A DNA stretch of 64,000 nucleotides, from the NCBI GenBank assembly GCA_046563655.1, contig CM102289.1, positions 3,472,001-3,536,000 on the forward strand. Direction: 5' to 3'. Of this stretch, positions 40,126 through 54,024 are shown one piece after another; position 1 is the stretch's first letter, and every line of letters begins with the position of its first letter. Under the pieces are notes generated by a model. It did no database searches and was not told where the DNA came from. It saw only the letters and a list, made by a program, of their open reading frames with translations. This stretch comes from Yuukianura sp. NJ FZ-2021. Lineage: Eukaryota. The position numbers and the translations under genes are program-made.

Positions 40126-40639
40126 ATGGAAGAGGACTATGAATACATAGAATCAACTACAACCCAACCAATTGGAAGTATTATAGGTAATGTCATATTA
40201 CTAATGTATTAAGTTTGAAAATGATGTTTAAATTGTAATCAAAACAAATTTAATCGTCAGTTTAAAAATACTAACAAAGTTTAATTTTTAATTTTCCTGT
40301 TTTGTAGTTGATACCCTTTACGTTATGGGTAGAGTGATCAAGTCCGTCGGGGATGATTTCAAAAATACGCGTGATACTGTGGAAACGGAAGTTGGTGCTG
40401 TGATGAACCCGTCAAGATGGCTTCTTGGGGCATTGACCTTTGGAATTATACTTTTCATTCTGATTTCCTGCAGACTTGGCTGTAACTCCTGCCCAGGGCA
40501 CCACTGCCAATGTCCTTGCAGAAAATGTGAAAGAAAACGGACCGAACAAAATTCTGAACAGGCAGTTAGCTACCGTAGTTTCCAAAGTGAAGATGATCTT
40601 AATGATGCCAGTGACGGCAAAAATTTGTTAATTGTTTAA
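40126..40639 (+). CDS. Small single-pass membrane protein with a juxtamembrane Cys/His cluster
   Basis: Exons 40126-40186 and 40309-40639; TM WLLGALTFGIILFILIS followed by CRLGCNSCPGHHCQCPCRKC. Confidence 0.65.
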
Positions 40640-41117
40640 ATTATTTTTTTCTATTTGAAACAAAACATGGAATTTTTAATTTTTGCAACTTAAATAAATG
40701 GTACGTCCAGGTTTCAAGCATTTTTGAGCTATAATGCAAAGACAAAAACAGTTTGGAGTTTATTTTTTATTTTATTTGAGTTTTCCTTTGGAAGAGGTAA
40801 AAAATGTGCTCGGAAATGCGCATTACTAAGCTTGCCATTTTTAGTGTGGATTTACTAATCAGTTTTAGTGTGCCAATTCTTGTTAGTCAAATGTTCAAAA
40901 AATCCTTGTTTAACTTTTCTACAATGCAACTGAAACTGTTTACTCTGATAAGATTAGCCCAAAGCACGTAGATATTTGGCACTAACTTCCTTTCTAACTA
41001 ACTTGGCAACCTAACTAACCCAAAGTTTTTATGTTAGTCATAATTAGCAGTGCATGTGTCTAGCTAAAATTCACAAAATTTAAACTCTAATTCAACCATA
41101 CAACGATCTCGTAGACC

Positions 41118-41770
41118 ATGTTTGCACATCGCAAAAGCCTAGGTAAGAAAATTTGATTATATTTCCAGTTTTTCAGTCCGAATTTTTTCTCATTCTCTTT
41201 TCAATCTTGCCTTCATTTTTTTTTAATTTTTTACCAGAGTCAAGATCCGCGCCACTTCCAGTTCATCCGGTTTATGCTCAACAAACTGCAGAATTGGATG
41301 TGACCGCCTACATTTGGTTCTGGATAGTTCTGTCCATAGCATGTCTCATCATAATACTAATTGGAATTCGAATTTGGCTCCAAATGAAGAAAGAGCATGA
41401 GCACGGATGTCGTTGCCGTCACTGCAGACCACGCCCACATAAGCACTGGATGCAATGCGACATTGAAGCTAACAAATCCACTATAGATGACAATGTGAAA
41501 GCTGCAAAGAGACTTCAAAGCATCGACGAAGAAACGGTGGAACTCGTGACGTCCCCAGAAGTAACCCCGGTTCCAGAGCCTAACGAATCCAAAAGGCCCA
41601 TTGGATTTACATTTGAGATGGAAGAACCCACGCCAAATACAAAAAGTCCACCGAATGGAGTTCGTCGATCCATCTCCAGAAGGAATTCATTGCCTTCAAA
41701 TTTGAAAACGATTTATAACCAAACAAAACTCGGCTTTGATGGTTTGTTTAACAAAGACGAAAAAAAGTGA
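41118..41770 (+). CDS. Single-pass membrane protein, paralog 1
   Basis: Short exon 1 MFAHRKSL then an exon from ~41239; TM YIWFWIVLSIACLIIILIGI; HEHGCRCRHC. Confidence 0.7.
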
Positions 41771-42193
41771 AAGCATATTTTTTTCAAAGTTCGCCTACTG
41801 TTTTCTAAATAATGTAGTGAGAGTCAAATTAGAAATAAAAACTATAACTTAAATTAATGAAATCAGTTTTAGTGTATCAACTCTTGTTAGTAAAATGTTC
41901 AAAGTCCTTTTGCACAAAAGAAAAAAGAATCTATTTTTCAAATTGATTATCCAAATCGATGTGAAGTTGGATAATCAATTGGATAATCTGTGACTTTTCG
42001 TCACACACTGATAAGATTAAGCCGAAGCTATCTGAGATTTCGCGTCACTAACTCCCTTTCCAACTAACCTGACAACCTAACTAACACAAAGTTTTTCTGT
42101 TAAATGCAATTAACATCGTGTTTGGCTAAAATTCACAATTTTTCTGCGGAATTTCAGACTTATAATTCGAAGATTCAGTGACCTTGTACAAAA

Positions 42194-42855
42194 ATGTATG
42201 TGCATCGCGCAAACCGAGGTAAGAGAAAACTTAGTTATATTTGGAGTTTTTCAGCAGACTTTTTTAAATTTCGTTTTCTATACCCTTAATTTTTTTAACA
42301 GATTCAAGATCGGTGCCACTTCCAGTCCATCCTTCATATGCTCAACAAACTCCAGAGTATGATGTGACTGCGTACATTTGGTTTTGGATAGTTGTGTCCC
42401 TAGCATGTCTCATTATAATACTAATTGGAATTCGAATGTGGCTCCAAGCGAGGAAAGAGCATAAGGGCGGATGTGCTGGTCGTCGTTGCAGATCACGCCC
42501 ACACAAACACTGGACGCACTGCAACACTGAACCAAACAAATCCAACATGGATGACACTCCGAATGCCAGAAAGGAACTTCTGAGCGTCGACGAAGAAACG
42601 GCCGAACTCTTGACCTCCCCAGAAGAAACTCCGGTTTCAAAACCTAAGGAACCGAGAAGGCCTATTGCAGTTACACTTGAAATGGAGCAAACCCCGCCAA
42701 ATACAAATAGTCCACCAAATGAAGTTGGACTTCTTGAATCCATATCTAGAATGAATCGTGAGTTGCAACAGCTTGATGACGAAGATAAAGAACTCGTCTT
42801 GGAGATGCACTATGGGGGAATTGTAACCCATTTGTCTCAAAATTTTTTTTCATGA
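42194..42855 (+). CDS. Single-pass membrane protein, paralog 2
   Basis: Tandem duplicate of 41118-41770 including upstream DNA; same exon layout; different C-terminus. Confidence 0.7.
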
Positions 42856-43460
42856 ATTTGTACAAGAAAACAAATTCGGATTAACTAAAAATGAATTAAA
42901 TGTTGAAAAAAATTCATTTCGAACAAAAAAATCCGAAAAAAACCTAAATTTTTTAAAAAATCAGCAATTCGGATATTTCGGTTTTAGAGTAAAATTTCGG
43001 GAACTTAGGCCTGGGGGCTTACTACCAAAGCTATTGTGAAGCTCCATTTCAAATTTGAGGAAGTTATGTCAAGAAATAGCCAAGTTATAGAGGAAAATGT
43101 GAATTTATAGGGTCAACTTTGACAATTCGCCCCGCCCTTCCCGTTTAACGGCTCCACCCAAATAAGGTGGCAAATCAAAGACAATCTCAAGCACTACAAC
43201 TTATCTATTAGGCATTTCGCCGAATTCCGTCTGGAAATTAGTGAAACGGCCCTTTAAAGTTTTCTAAGCAACTTGCACTCTTGATGATAGGTAACACAGT
43301 GCCAAACACAGCTACTCAAAACGAAATAACAATTCATGATGAAATAAACACTACGAAAACCAGTGTTTTGGAAATTTTCAAGACATTAGTGTTTCTTTAC
43401 TACAGTAACATTAAATTGATTAGCGCAGCAACAATTGTGATTTCGTTTTGACTATCAGTC

Positions 43461-44968
43461 TTCCTCTATTTAGCAATACAAAGTAGAGTGTTAGAATTTT
43501 AGCACATTTTCCATTTTTAGCAATACAAAGTAGAGTGTTAGAATTTTAGCACTTCCCCTATTTAGCCATACAAAGTAGAGTGTTAGAATTTTAGCACATC
43601 GTCCATTTAGCAATACAAAATAGAGTGTTAGAATTTTAGCACTTACCCTATTTAGCAATACAAAGTAGAGTGTTAGAATTTTAGCACATCTTCCATTTAG
43701 CAATACAAAGTAGAGTGTTAGAATTTTAGCACTTCCCCTATTTAGCAATACAAAGTAGAGCGTTAGAGTTTTAGCACTTCCCCTATTTAGCAATACAAAA
43801 TAGAGTGTTACAATTTTAGCACTTCCCCTATTTAGCAATACAAAGTAGAGTGTTAGAATTTTAGCACATCGTCCATTTAGCAATACAAAGTAGAGTGTTT
43901 GAATTTTAGCAATTCCCCTATTTAGCAATACAAAGTAGAGTGTTAGAATTTTAGCACATCTTCCATTTAGCAATACAAAGTAGAGTGTTAGAATTTTACC
44001 ACTTCCCCTATTTAGCAATACAAAGTAGAGTGTTAGAATTTTACCACTTCCCCTATTTAGCAATACAAAGTAGAGTGTTAGAATTTTACCACTTCCCCTA
44101 TTTAGCAATACAAAGTAGAGTGTTAGAATTTTACCACTTCCCCTATTTAGCAATACAAAGTAGAGTGGTAGAGTGTTAGAGTTTTAGCACTTCCCCTATT
44201 TAGCAATACAAAGTAGAGTGTTAGAATTTTAGCACATCTTCCATTTAGCAATACAAAGTAGAGTGTTAGAATTTTAGCACTTCCCCTATTTAGCAATATA
44301 AAGTAGAGTGTTAGAGTTTTAGCACTTCCCCTATTTAGCAATACAAAGTAGAGTGTTAGAATTTTAGCACATCGTCCATTTAGCAATACAAAGTAGAGTG
44401 TTAGAATTTTAGCACTTCCCCTATTTAGCAATACAAAGTAGAGTGTTAGAATTTTAGCACATCTTCCATTTAGCAATACAAAGTAGAGTGTTAGAATTTT
44501 AGCACTTCACGTATTTAGCAATACAAAGTAGAGTGTTAGAATTTTACCACTTCCCCTATTTAGCAATACAAAGTAGAGTGTTAGAATTTTACCACTTCCC
44601 CTATTTAGCAATACAAAGTAGAGTGTTAGAATTTTACCACTTCCCCTATTTAGCAATACAAAGTAGAGTGGTAGAGTGTTAGAGTTTTAGCACTTCCCCT
44701 ATTTAGCAATACGAAGTAGAGTGTTAGAGTTTTAGCACATCTTCCATTTAGCAATACAAAGTAGAGTGTTAGAATTTTAGCACTTCCCCTATTTAGCAAT
44801 ATAAAGTAGAGTGTTAGAGTTTTAGCACTTCCCCTATTTAGCAATACAAAGTAGAGTGTTAGAATTTTAGCACATCTTCCATTTAGCAATACAAAGTAGA
44901 GTGTTAGAATTTTAGCACTTCCCCTATTTAGCAATACAAAGTAGAGTGTTAGAATTCTAGCACTTCCA
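43461..44968. repeat. 45-bp minisatellite (~33 copies)
   Basis: Unit TTTAGCAATACAAAGTAGAGTGTTAGAATTTTAGCACTTCCCCTA with variants. Confidence 0.97.
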
Positions 44969-45324
44969 TAATTAAAAAAAAACTTTCTCCATTTAGTTTG
45001 TATACAAAATTTCACAAAATTGATAATTTCTATGTTAAAGCCATAAGCCGACTGAAATTTCTTCTAATTTGAAAAGTGCTTTCTGAAAATAGGCAAACTA
45101 TAATCTTACTAATGCCGTTAAACTTAGGAAGTAGTGAATCAAATTATAAATAAAAACTATGACTGAAATAATGCATGATAAATATATTCCTTTTTGTCAA
45201 TATTTTTGTTTATAAGTGCACAACACATAATGGGAGAAGTCGATAATTATGTTGAGTGATTTATTTGAAATGTTTTGAAAGCAAAACAAATTTTAAAATA
45301 TGTGCCAATAAGCTACGAGTAATG

Positions 45325-47609
45325 TCAATACTTCTTTAGAATTCCAAAAACCGTTGTACACTTAGTGCAAATGCGCTTTCCAACAACAATTTCGAAACAA
45401 AAGAAAACCAAAGCCATAATCGAACCGTAAATGGTACATCCAAATATACCTTGCAGTGATGCAAAGTTGAGAGCAAGAATTGCAGAGCTGTACTTTCCAA
45501 CTATGTCCACAATTTTTCTGTTTTCTGGCAAATTTGGATTTGAGTTTAACCATTTAGCGCCATTGGATTTGCTGTCTGCCCAATCTTCTGCCACCCATTT
45601 ACTATAAATTCCTGATGCAAAAGTAGCCGCCAAGTATGTGTCAAATGTTTCAATCAAAGGTGACTTGTTTCTATAAACCCATGCTATCCACAGTCCGTCC
45701 AGAACAGAGTCCTTTGCTCTAACAATCAAATCTTTCGTTTGGCGTGCATGAAAAGTAGCGTTAGTGTAAGAAGCAAAATTCCATGCTCATCCCAGTCCAG
45801 ACAAGCGGATTTCTCATGCAAAATTGCCGCTACGATGCACTCCGTTGAAGAATTGACCAGAACTGCCCTGCGTACAACTTCGTGTTGTACTGGATCCAAA
45901 GAGTCCTGCGCAGCTTTGTAGGCAACTCCACCATAGTAACGGAAAAACAGTGTATAGTCTTGTTCTAGTAAGGCGGCATGCGTGGTGGGCAGTTCCGGAG
46001 GTTGCCGAAACGTGAGAAAGTAGGTCAGTCGTGACCTGTAGCCAGTACCAATTACCAAGCAAAAGAACATCCACAGAGACAAAAGAAATTTGATTCTCAT
46101 TCCAACCCGCGTCCTGTCTCCAGATTCTTGTTCGAACAGCATTCCAACAGTTGATGTAACTACGCTAAGCAGACGTGTGTTTGAACAGGTTTGAGACAAC
46201 GGAGTCTCTGTTTGTTTTGAATATTCCCAGCTTAGCGCCAAAAAATAAATGGGAATCAAAAGTCCCACCATGGCTAAAATTAGAAACCAAACGGAAGATT
46301 GAAATGGAGCTAAAATTGCTTCCCAATTGAGCTCCGGATTGGAGATTCGGATGAAAAAGACGCGGGAAATGTCTTCAAATGGAATGCCGTTGTCGATTGC
46401 CCAGTCACGGTGGGATGTAATGCCACATCCGAGTCCAATGTCGGCATCTCTGTTGTACACTTCACCTACCGTTCCGTACCAACGTCCATTTCGCATGAAT
46501 CCCGAGGAGCCGCCATCTAAATTTCAGAAGTAACAAAGAATTTTGAAATTTTGTTTCTGGTCCATCATTAGATTCCATCTTTCATTTGATTGAACCAATC
46601 TGCGTTGGTTCCATATGTATGTTCAGAATTAATTTGATCAAGAAGTGAAAGATCAAATATAAGATAACGTAGCCTAACCGTAATTTCTCATTAGTTGACA
46701 TTTTCAGTTTTTGGCCTATTCCCTTTTTGATCAAATTATTTTGACCATTTCGCCTGCTAGTACGTCTGCGTCAGTGTTTTAGGTAGATTAAGCCTGCACA
46801 GAAGAATAAAACTGACCTTTAGCATAATGAACTTCAAAAGTGAAATTGAACAACCGCGCCGAATCCGTCAACAATTTGAAGTAAATTCCGCTTCCCTCGT
46901 TTGAAAAACTGCTTGAACTGGAATCAAGGTTTATCCATGGAGTTCCACTGACAGACGCCACATTCAAATGCCTTCCATTCAGAATCGTGGCACACCGAGT
47001 TCCAAACAACGACGAAACATCACCACTTTGTCCAACGCTTTTGACACAAGCATCATCCACTGCAGTCCGACTTTCAACAACAAAGTATTTGTAACGTACT
47101 CCCTGCAGAAACACATTGTTGGGTGTGTTTTCGTTTTTTCCAAAATGTTGGAAAAAGAAGTAGTAGTCCTTATGTGGACGTGCTAAATTTTTCAGCACAA
47201 GAAACTTTATGATTTCAGCACTTTCACTTGCGGATGACAAAAATATTAGAGAACAGTGGCGCACAAATTTGAACAATCCTAACGTTGCAAAAGAAGAAAT
47301 AATTTCCTCACTTGTTTGCAACTTGTCGAAAGAAATCCTATTAGAAATGCCTGTTTGATTAGCATGTTCAATTTGCGAATTGAGAACAAAGGTTTTCAAG
47401 CTATGTTTGGATGCAAACTTTAAAATCAGCTCTGATTGGTCCGTCGCTGGAAATGAAGCAAAGATCAAATTCTTGCAGAGTTCATTCTCACGCCCAAAAC
47501 TGGCTTCTCTTCGTTGAATATAAGTTTGGAGGAAGTCTGATACTGCTTGACTTGTTCCAAATTTGAAACCGCAAAAAGTGAAAAGTACTGCAAATGTTGC
47601 ACTGGCCAT
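45325..47609 (-). pseudogene. Ionotropic receptor (variant iGluR/IR) with one frameshift
   Basis: Signal peptide; GRWYGTVGEVYNRDADIG; ILAPFQSSVW; WMFFCLVIGTGYRSRLTYFLT; FASGIYSKW; LNFASLQGIF..FCFEI; intron ~46816-46518; frameshift at ~45775. Confidence 0.88.
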
Positions 47610-48834
47610 TTACTAGTATTTAGCAATTACTTCTTGAGGCCCTTAAATTTCTTGCTTAACTTTCTTTTTTGAAAGCTGACCAAGCGGACAGTATTAAATC
47701 GGGAATTAAATCGCCTGGACAACAACCTAAACAGAATAAGCGCACGCTACCGTATTACCGTTTTGGACAATATAATTGTTAATTGGAAAATTGATGTAAT
47801 AAAACCGCCAGACCTGTCATCCTTAAGATCGAATTTTGTCCTTAACAAGCTTTTATGTTGTCTGTCAGTTGTCAGATTTAGGATTTGAATGATTTCGGAT
47901 TCAATCGAATTTGGACTTGCGGCACTTATGTGGACGAGATGACGCCACAACATTCCGTTGTGAAAGTTTTGAAATTACTTAATCACAGAAAGCGTCCGGG
48001 AATAACAAGCTTTTCATACAAAAGTAAACATGGAACTTGCATTACAAACCTTCGATCTGCCATGTGCCTTGAATGCCTCAAAATCAGAATGGTATTAATT
48101 CTGAGATTCTGTGTGATTCCGACACTCGAATTGTAGGTTAAAATGATCTAATACCTTCTATAATGATTTGCTTTTGGATAGAATTTTTTGAATGCTGTTG
48201 TGACGTTTTCCGTGATGCCCGACAGCATTTGTTTTTTTTCTTTTACTTCATGTTTTCATTTGAGAAGTGGAATAAATTATTCCTTGTTTTTCCTTTTTAA
48301 AGTCAATCGCCTCGTGAAGTTTGTTAAACTAGATCGTCATTTCTTTCTATTGTTCATTGTTCATGGTAAAATAAATCAGCATAATTTGTCAATTTTTTTT
48401 AGCTTATTTCAAACAGAGAAGAAGTAAAAACGTGTCAAATAAAGTTTAAAACATAGAAGTACGAGATATGATTTAATTAAAACGGCAATGCCAATTTGAA
48501 TATTCATATTCCAACATAAACTTATATTGCAAGAGTTAAATGCAATCGGTCGTAAGCAGGTATTCCTTTAAGTTTATCGTAATTCGTAAATCCTTAATTA
48601 CTGGGCTCATGCATTGTTTTTTTTTAACAATAGAAAAGCTTTCTGCATTTGTTGTTCAATGACTAGGCTAAAGAGTTCTATCAATTCTATTCTCAATTTT
48701 CCATGTTCTTCGTTTACAGTCTTAGATATTATTACTACAACTTTATAATTGGTGGATTGAGGATCCCAAGTCTCCAAAGCGTTTCTATTTGTTTTTATGG
48801 TTACTACATACTAATCTTGTGCATTAGAACTACA

Positions 48835-51073
48835 ATGCTCTTTGAAATTTTTCTTGGCGGTTGCATGGTCTTTGTTTTGAGATTATTGTACGAAAATTTA
48901 ACTGGGCGCAAACTCCCCCCAGGTAAGTTGTGCAGTTGAATTATAGGAGATAATTTATAATTATGTAAATTATAATGAAAATGTTTGGCTGGTATTGCTT
49001 TTATATGTTATGTGACTTCTTTCGTCAACAAGGCTGTTTATAATAGGTCCAATCAAATTTCCACTCATTGGAAATTTGGTGCAAATCCTGCATGCAAATA
49101 TCAAACCACATCTGGCGTTTACAAAACTTGCACAAAAATACGGTGACGTTATGCAACTGAAAATGGGAGTATGTGATCTCGGTAAGTAAATAATAATAAT
49201 TTATTTATATTAATAACAATAAGAATTTGTTTACACAAAAAATATCATTTCGTTTCTTGAATTGTGTAGTTGTCATATCGTCCAGTGAAGCAGCGCATGC
49301 AATTTGTTCCCTAGATTCTGTCACTGGCCGTCACCAATCACCTTTTATGCTATCACGCACCTTTGGAAAAAATATTGGTACACTGTCGAGATAATACAAA
49401 TTTCAAAATAAAGGAAAATCTCAAGATGCTTTTGATCTCTTTCAAAGGATTTTTCTTCAGCGGTGGAGAACTTTGGAAAAATACGAAACGGTTTGTAGTT
49501 AGAAATCTGCGTAACCATGGATTTGGAAAATCCCAAAGTATGGAGAAAGTCATTTTAGAACAAGCAGATGAACTGGTGGAGCGACTAGTGGAAGAAATGA
49601 AATCTCAAGGTCGAATTGACATGAGCGACTGTTTCGGAATCCCGGTTCTGAATGTCCTGTGGAGCATGGTAGCTGGTGAAACATTTCCACAAAATGATGT
49701 GCGCTTGCGCAGACTGCTTCAAATTCAAGACGACACTGTCAAGAGTGGCGACTTTGGTGGTGGAATAGAAATGTGCTTTCCGGTTTTAACAAAATGGTTT
49801 CCAGGGATTTGCGGCTACACGGACTTTGCCGAAAAAAATAAGATTTTGCAGAATTTTATTAGAGTTGAGAAAACTATGATATGAGATGTATCTTCAATTT
49901 CTTTTACCAGGTTTAAAATGGTGTTTGATTTAACTTTTGGGTGTTTGATAGGAAATTTTGAACTCTCGACGTAAGTACTTGGAAAATCATAAACCGACTT
50001 GCTTCACAGACACTTTCCTGATTGAAATTGATAAGTCGAAGACTTCAGGAAAGGAGGAGTTCTGTGGTGTGTGTGACACTTCAAATTCGATTTTAAAAGT
50101 TTAAACTTCCTAAAAACATAATATCCTTCAAAATTTAAACTTATCTTTTATTCATTTTAGAGGAACATGGCATCGTAACTGTGATGGACTTGTTCACGGC
50201 AGGCGGGGAGACCTCAAGCACCGGTTTAACATTTTGCGTACTCTACACGCTGCTGTTTCCCGAAGTCCAAAGCAAAGTTCATCAAGAAATTGACCGATTT
50301 ATGCTGACTGAAAACTCGGCTCCTGGAATGGACGACATTGAAAAGTACTTTCCAAATAATATACTGTTGGATAGCGATGTTGCCAACATATTGATGCTAA
50401 CTAGGCTTTATGTTTACACGATGCAACAAGAAGATTATTCGGTTTATACTTTAAAATCTTAATAGGTTTCCTTACACTCGTGCAGTTATACTTGAAGTCA
50501 TGCGTCATGGTATTGTTGTTCCGTTTACACCCCCGAGAACATCGTCTGTGGATATTGAATACAATGGAATGAGAATACGCAAAGTAGGCCACTTATACTT
50601 AAATCTCAAAGTTCTCATTTTGAATTATATTGTTCACTTTTTAGAATACTCCAATTTTAGTAAACATTGCAGCGATAGTATCAAGAGAAGATGTATGGGG
50701 AGACACTAAAAACTTTCGACCCGAACGATTTTTATCCGATTCCGGAGAATTAGACTTACAACAGTGCGAGAAATTGCAAAACTTTGGATTTGGTAATAAA
50801 AAAACGTTTCAATATAAACTTCAATTTTTACTTAATAAAATTTGGTGCTACATAATTTCATAAAAACAATGTTACACAGGTCATCGGCGGTGCCCCGGTC
50901 AACGCTTGGGGGAATCCATCATGTTCCTGTTTTATATTCGGCTACTTCAACGATTTCAATTGGTTTTTTCAGACGTCAATCAACCGCCAACTCTTGAACC
51001 AAACGTTGGTTTTACTATTTCACCTAAACCGTTCACTCTGGAACTTATTATTCGCCAGAGCAACTTTCCATAA
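48835..51073 (+). CDS. Cytochrome P450, CYP2 clan (9 exons, apparently intact)
   Basis: LPPGP.KFPLIGNL, WKNTKRF, DLFTAGGETSS, EVMR, FRPERF, FGFGHRRCPG; canonical introns; TAA at 51071-51073. Confidence 0.95.
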
Positions 51074-52461
51074 ACTACTATTACCAAAGAACCTAAATCT
51101 CCGCTAAAGTCAACGTTTAAAGTTCAGAGTTCAACAAAATTCAAAAACAACTTTATTTTCGATGCTGAACTCTATTCCGAATTCAGGCTTTAGTTTATGT
51201 TAGTTTAGCGTGAGTGAATTTTAGCAAGATCTATTTTTAATTTTCGGATGGTCATATACCTCGAATTGGAATCTTCAATGTGAAATCCAACAATGGAAGA
51301 CTATTAACAGACAGTTTCAGCATTTCCTTGGCAAGGAACAATCATTCTCCTGTCAACAACATGAGGCCATATTAAAACATGTTTAAACAATTGCGATCGA
51401 GTTCAAACGCTCGTGTTTTTTGCTTCTGACAAAGAAAATATGCCTCCACTGTAGTATTCACAATTAAATTACGGAATTAGGTTAACTTAATAAGGAATTA
51501 CGTGTGCAAAAGAGCCGATTTCATCGAGCTGGCAAAATTTTGTTAATCACCCGAAAAATCAAAAAAAAATGTTTTAGAATTTCCATCAATAAATAGAAAT
51601 CAGGTGTTGGAAAAATGAAGATACAATTAAGTGTATTCCGAAATTTCATTCTATTTTATGCCGAATTTATATTTATGTGTAAAGTTATCTGTGGTTTAGT
51701 TTTGTGTAGTTATATTCTGAAAGTGTGCAGTGCTGCATTTAAAGCTTACTGATCGTTTAGAAACTAACAATGAAAATGTAGCCAACAAGTTTTGTGTGAT
51801 TTCGTATGGAAAGCTGCAGACCTTGCATTGATGAGGTGACGCCACAACATTCCTTTTGTAAAAGTCAGTTGCTTTTTTTTCTCACAGAAACTGATTCGTC
51901 AATAACTAGGTTTTCATACAGAAGTAAACATATAGAACTTGATGCATTAGAAGCTTGCAATTCGTTATGCACTTGTTTTCAGAATCAGAACTCTACTATG
52001 GTCTAACACCTTCTGTGATAAATGATTTTGAGGTGTAATTAACATTTTGTCACGATATTCGTGACAGCATTTGCTCTTTTTACTTTATTCTTTCACTGTA
52101 GAGCGGGAATCCCAAAGTTTTCGTTCGCCTAAAATCGGCCCCACGTTTTGAAAAAAATGAACAATATGAAGATTAAGAGGAATACATTATGATTCTCCTG
52201 CTTAAAGTCAATCACCTTTTGGAGTTTGTTAAACTAGATCGGCATTTCTTTCTATTTTATTGTCAAAAGTAGCGATACGACTATTGTTAGAAGTCTATTT
52301 TTCACACTTCATTGGCCAATGATGCTTGAGGTCGAACTAAATTATTTGAAATGCTTTAAAATTACCCATCACTTTATTAGACGTTTTAGTCAACTCCCTA
52401 CTTTCCTGGCAAACTTTTAACTTGTGAGTTACCAAACACTATACAAAATTCGTGGAAAAAA

Positions 52462-53647
52462 ATGAACATCTTGCAAACTACAACGTGGAATACTATCATA
52501 TTCGGGTTGCTTTCAGCATTTTCACTGGTAAATTTTACAATTTTTGGCCTTTTATCTGAGTTTGGTAATAACTCGCAATTTTAATTCTTTTTCAGTTTAC
52601 AGCAGTTAGTGGAGAAAGCAATGTAAACAACTTGGGGTCACGAAACTCATCTTTGGGTAAAAAAAATTGCTTTGCTACTGCTGGTCCTAGGCAGGAACAA
52701 ATGTTGTCACTAAAAAATTTACAAATTCACCCATTTTTCGTGCAAGTTAGTGCAGTATATAAATTTAATAAATTGTATTTTAAAACAATTTATGTATAAC
52801 AGAAGGGCTAATGGATTTACACCGAAGTAAGAGGGCGACTGACTCCAAAGCACTTGGCGAATGTGCCACTCAAACATTTGTTTACTGTCCTTACAAATTC
52901 GATTTCCAAATGAGCCCTACCGTAAAATCGACCAAGGCAGAACTTGCTCTTTGCAAAACGACGTGCCCTGGTACCAAGGATTTGGATACGACTGTACCAT
53001 ACGAAGGTTGCGAACATGAGTATAGTTGTCTTAAAAAACCTGACATGTGCAAGGCCCTGGGAGCCAGTTGCTTTAGAAAAAATATGGGAAAAACTACTTT
53101 AGTTTATGACTGTTGTAACGGCAGAATTGTTACTCCTGACGGAGTAAAGATTCCGGTTGCTGGAGATTGTAACCTGAAGACGCTTAAATGTGAACCAACG
53201 TTTCCGCTTAATACGGTGTGCGGCAACGGAATGAAGGAGTACTTACGCTGTTACGTTGATCCCGAGGATATAATAGGAGAAACCGCTCGATGCGCTTATC
53301 CAACTGAGCCTATCAAGGATCCTAGCGACGACAAGCCACGGGTCGTAAGAGCCATCAAGCAAACAACGACTAATGGTGTGCAGGTTGAAGAACCAGGACG
53401 CTGTCGCCGAAAAGTTAACACTTGCAACACAAAGCCACCGCTGAAAATTTTCTGCGGTACTAAGCTTCCAAAGGAGTACGACAACTTCCCCTTCTGTGCC
53501 TGCCCATCACCCGACGGGGAAACAGGTTACCACTGTAATATCGTCAAGAAATGCGTTCCATGTAAGCTGGCAGGCGTCAGTTGTGGAACCACAGCCGATT
53601 GTTGTACCAAGCACAGCTGTAGCCAAGGCACATGCGTCAGAGACTAA
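52462..53647 (+). CDS. Secreted Cys-rich protein with a propeptide and knottin-like modules (3 exons)
   Basis: Exons 52462-52527, 52596-52656, 52803-53647; signal peptide; RSKR furin-like site; C-terminal CKLAGVSCGTTADCCTKHSCSQGTC. Confidence 0.8.
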
Positions 53648-54024
53648 CCGTGGTTCCAGCCGCTTGTCGTTTCTTTCTTCAAAACTGCATTTTTAGAATT
53701 TGCAAAATTACCATTTTTGTTTAGTATATCGAATTGGAATTAAATGCCTCATTTTCCATTTGAAAGATAAATAAATCCAATTATATAACTCGCCAAATTT
53801 TTTTTAGCTTATCTGAAATAAAGTGTGGTTTGGGATTTAGGACGAAACTTGAATGCGGTAATGCAGATGACGTCCATCTTCCACATTACTGGAACTTGAC
53901 AACATTCATTAGACATGTATCTCAGAATTCATGAAAATTATTTTGGCAATGTGAAATCTGGACTTCATATCTAAATGCGCCACCAAAGTTGACGTAACTA
54001 GGTTTCTAGGATATAATCAGCCCC

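Noticed and set aside
43461..44968. CRISPR-like appearance of the regular repeats
   Set aside because: No unique spacers, no cas genes, eukaryotic context
43491..45015. Repetitive ORFs (LNRGSAKILTLYFVL)n
   Set aside because: By-product of a 45-bp unit lacking stops in one frame; broken by the 8-bp insertions
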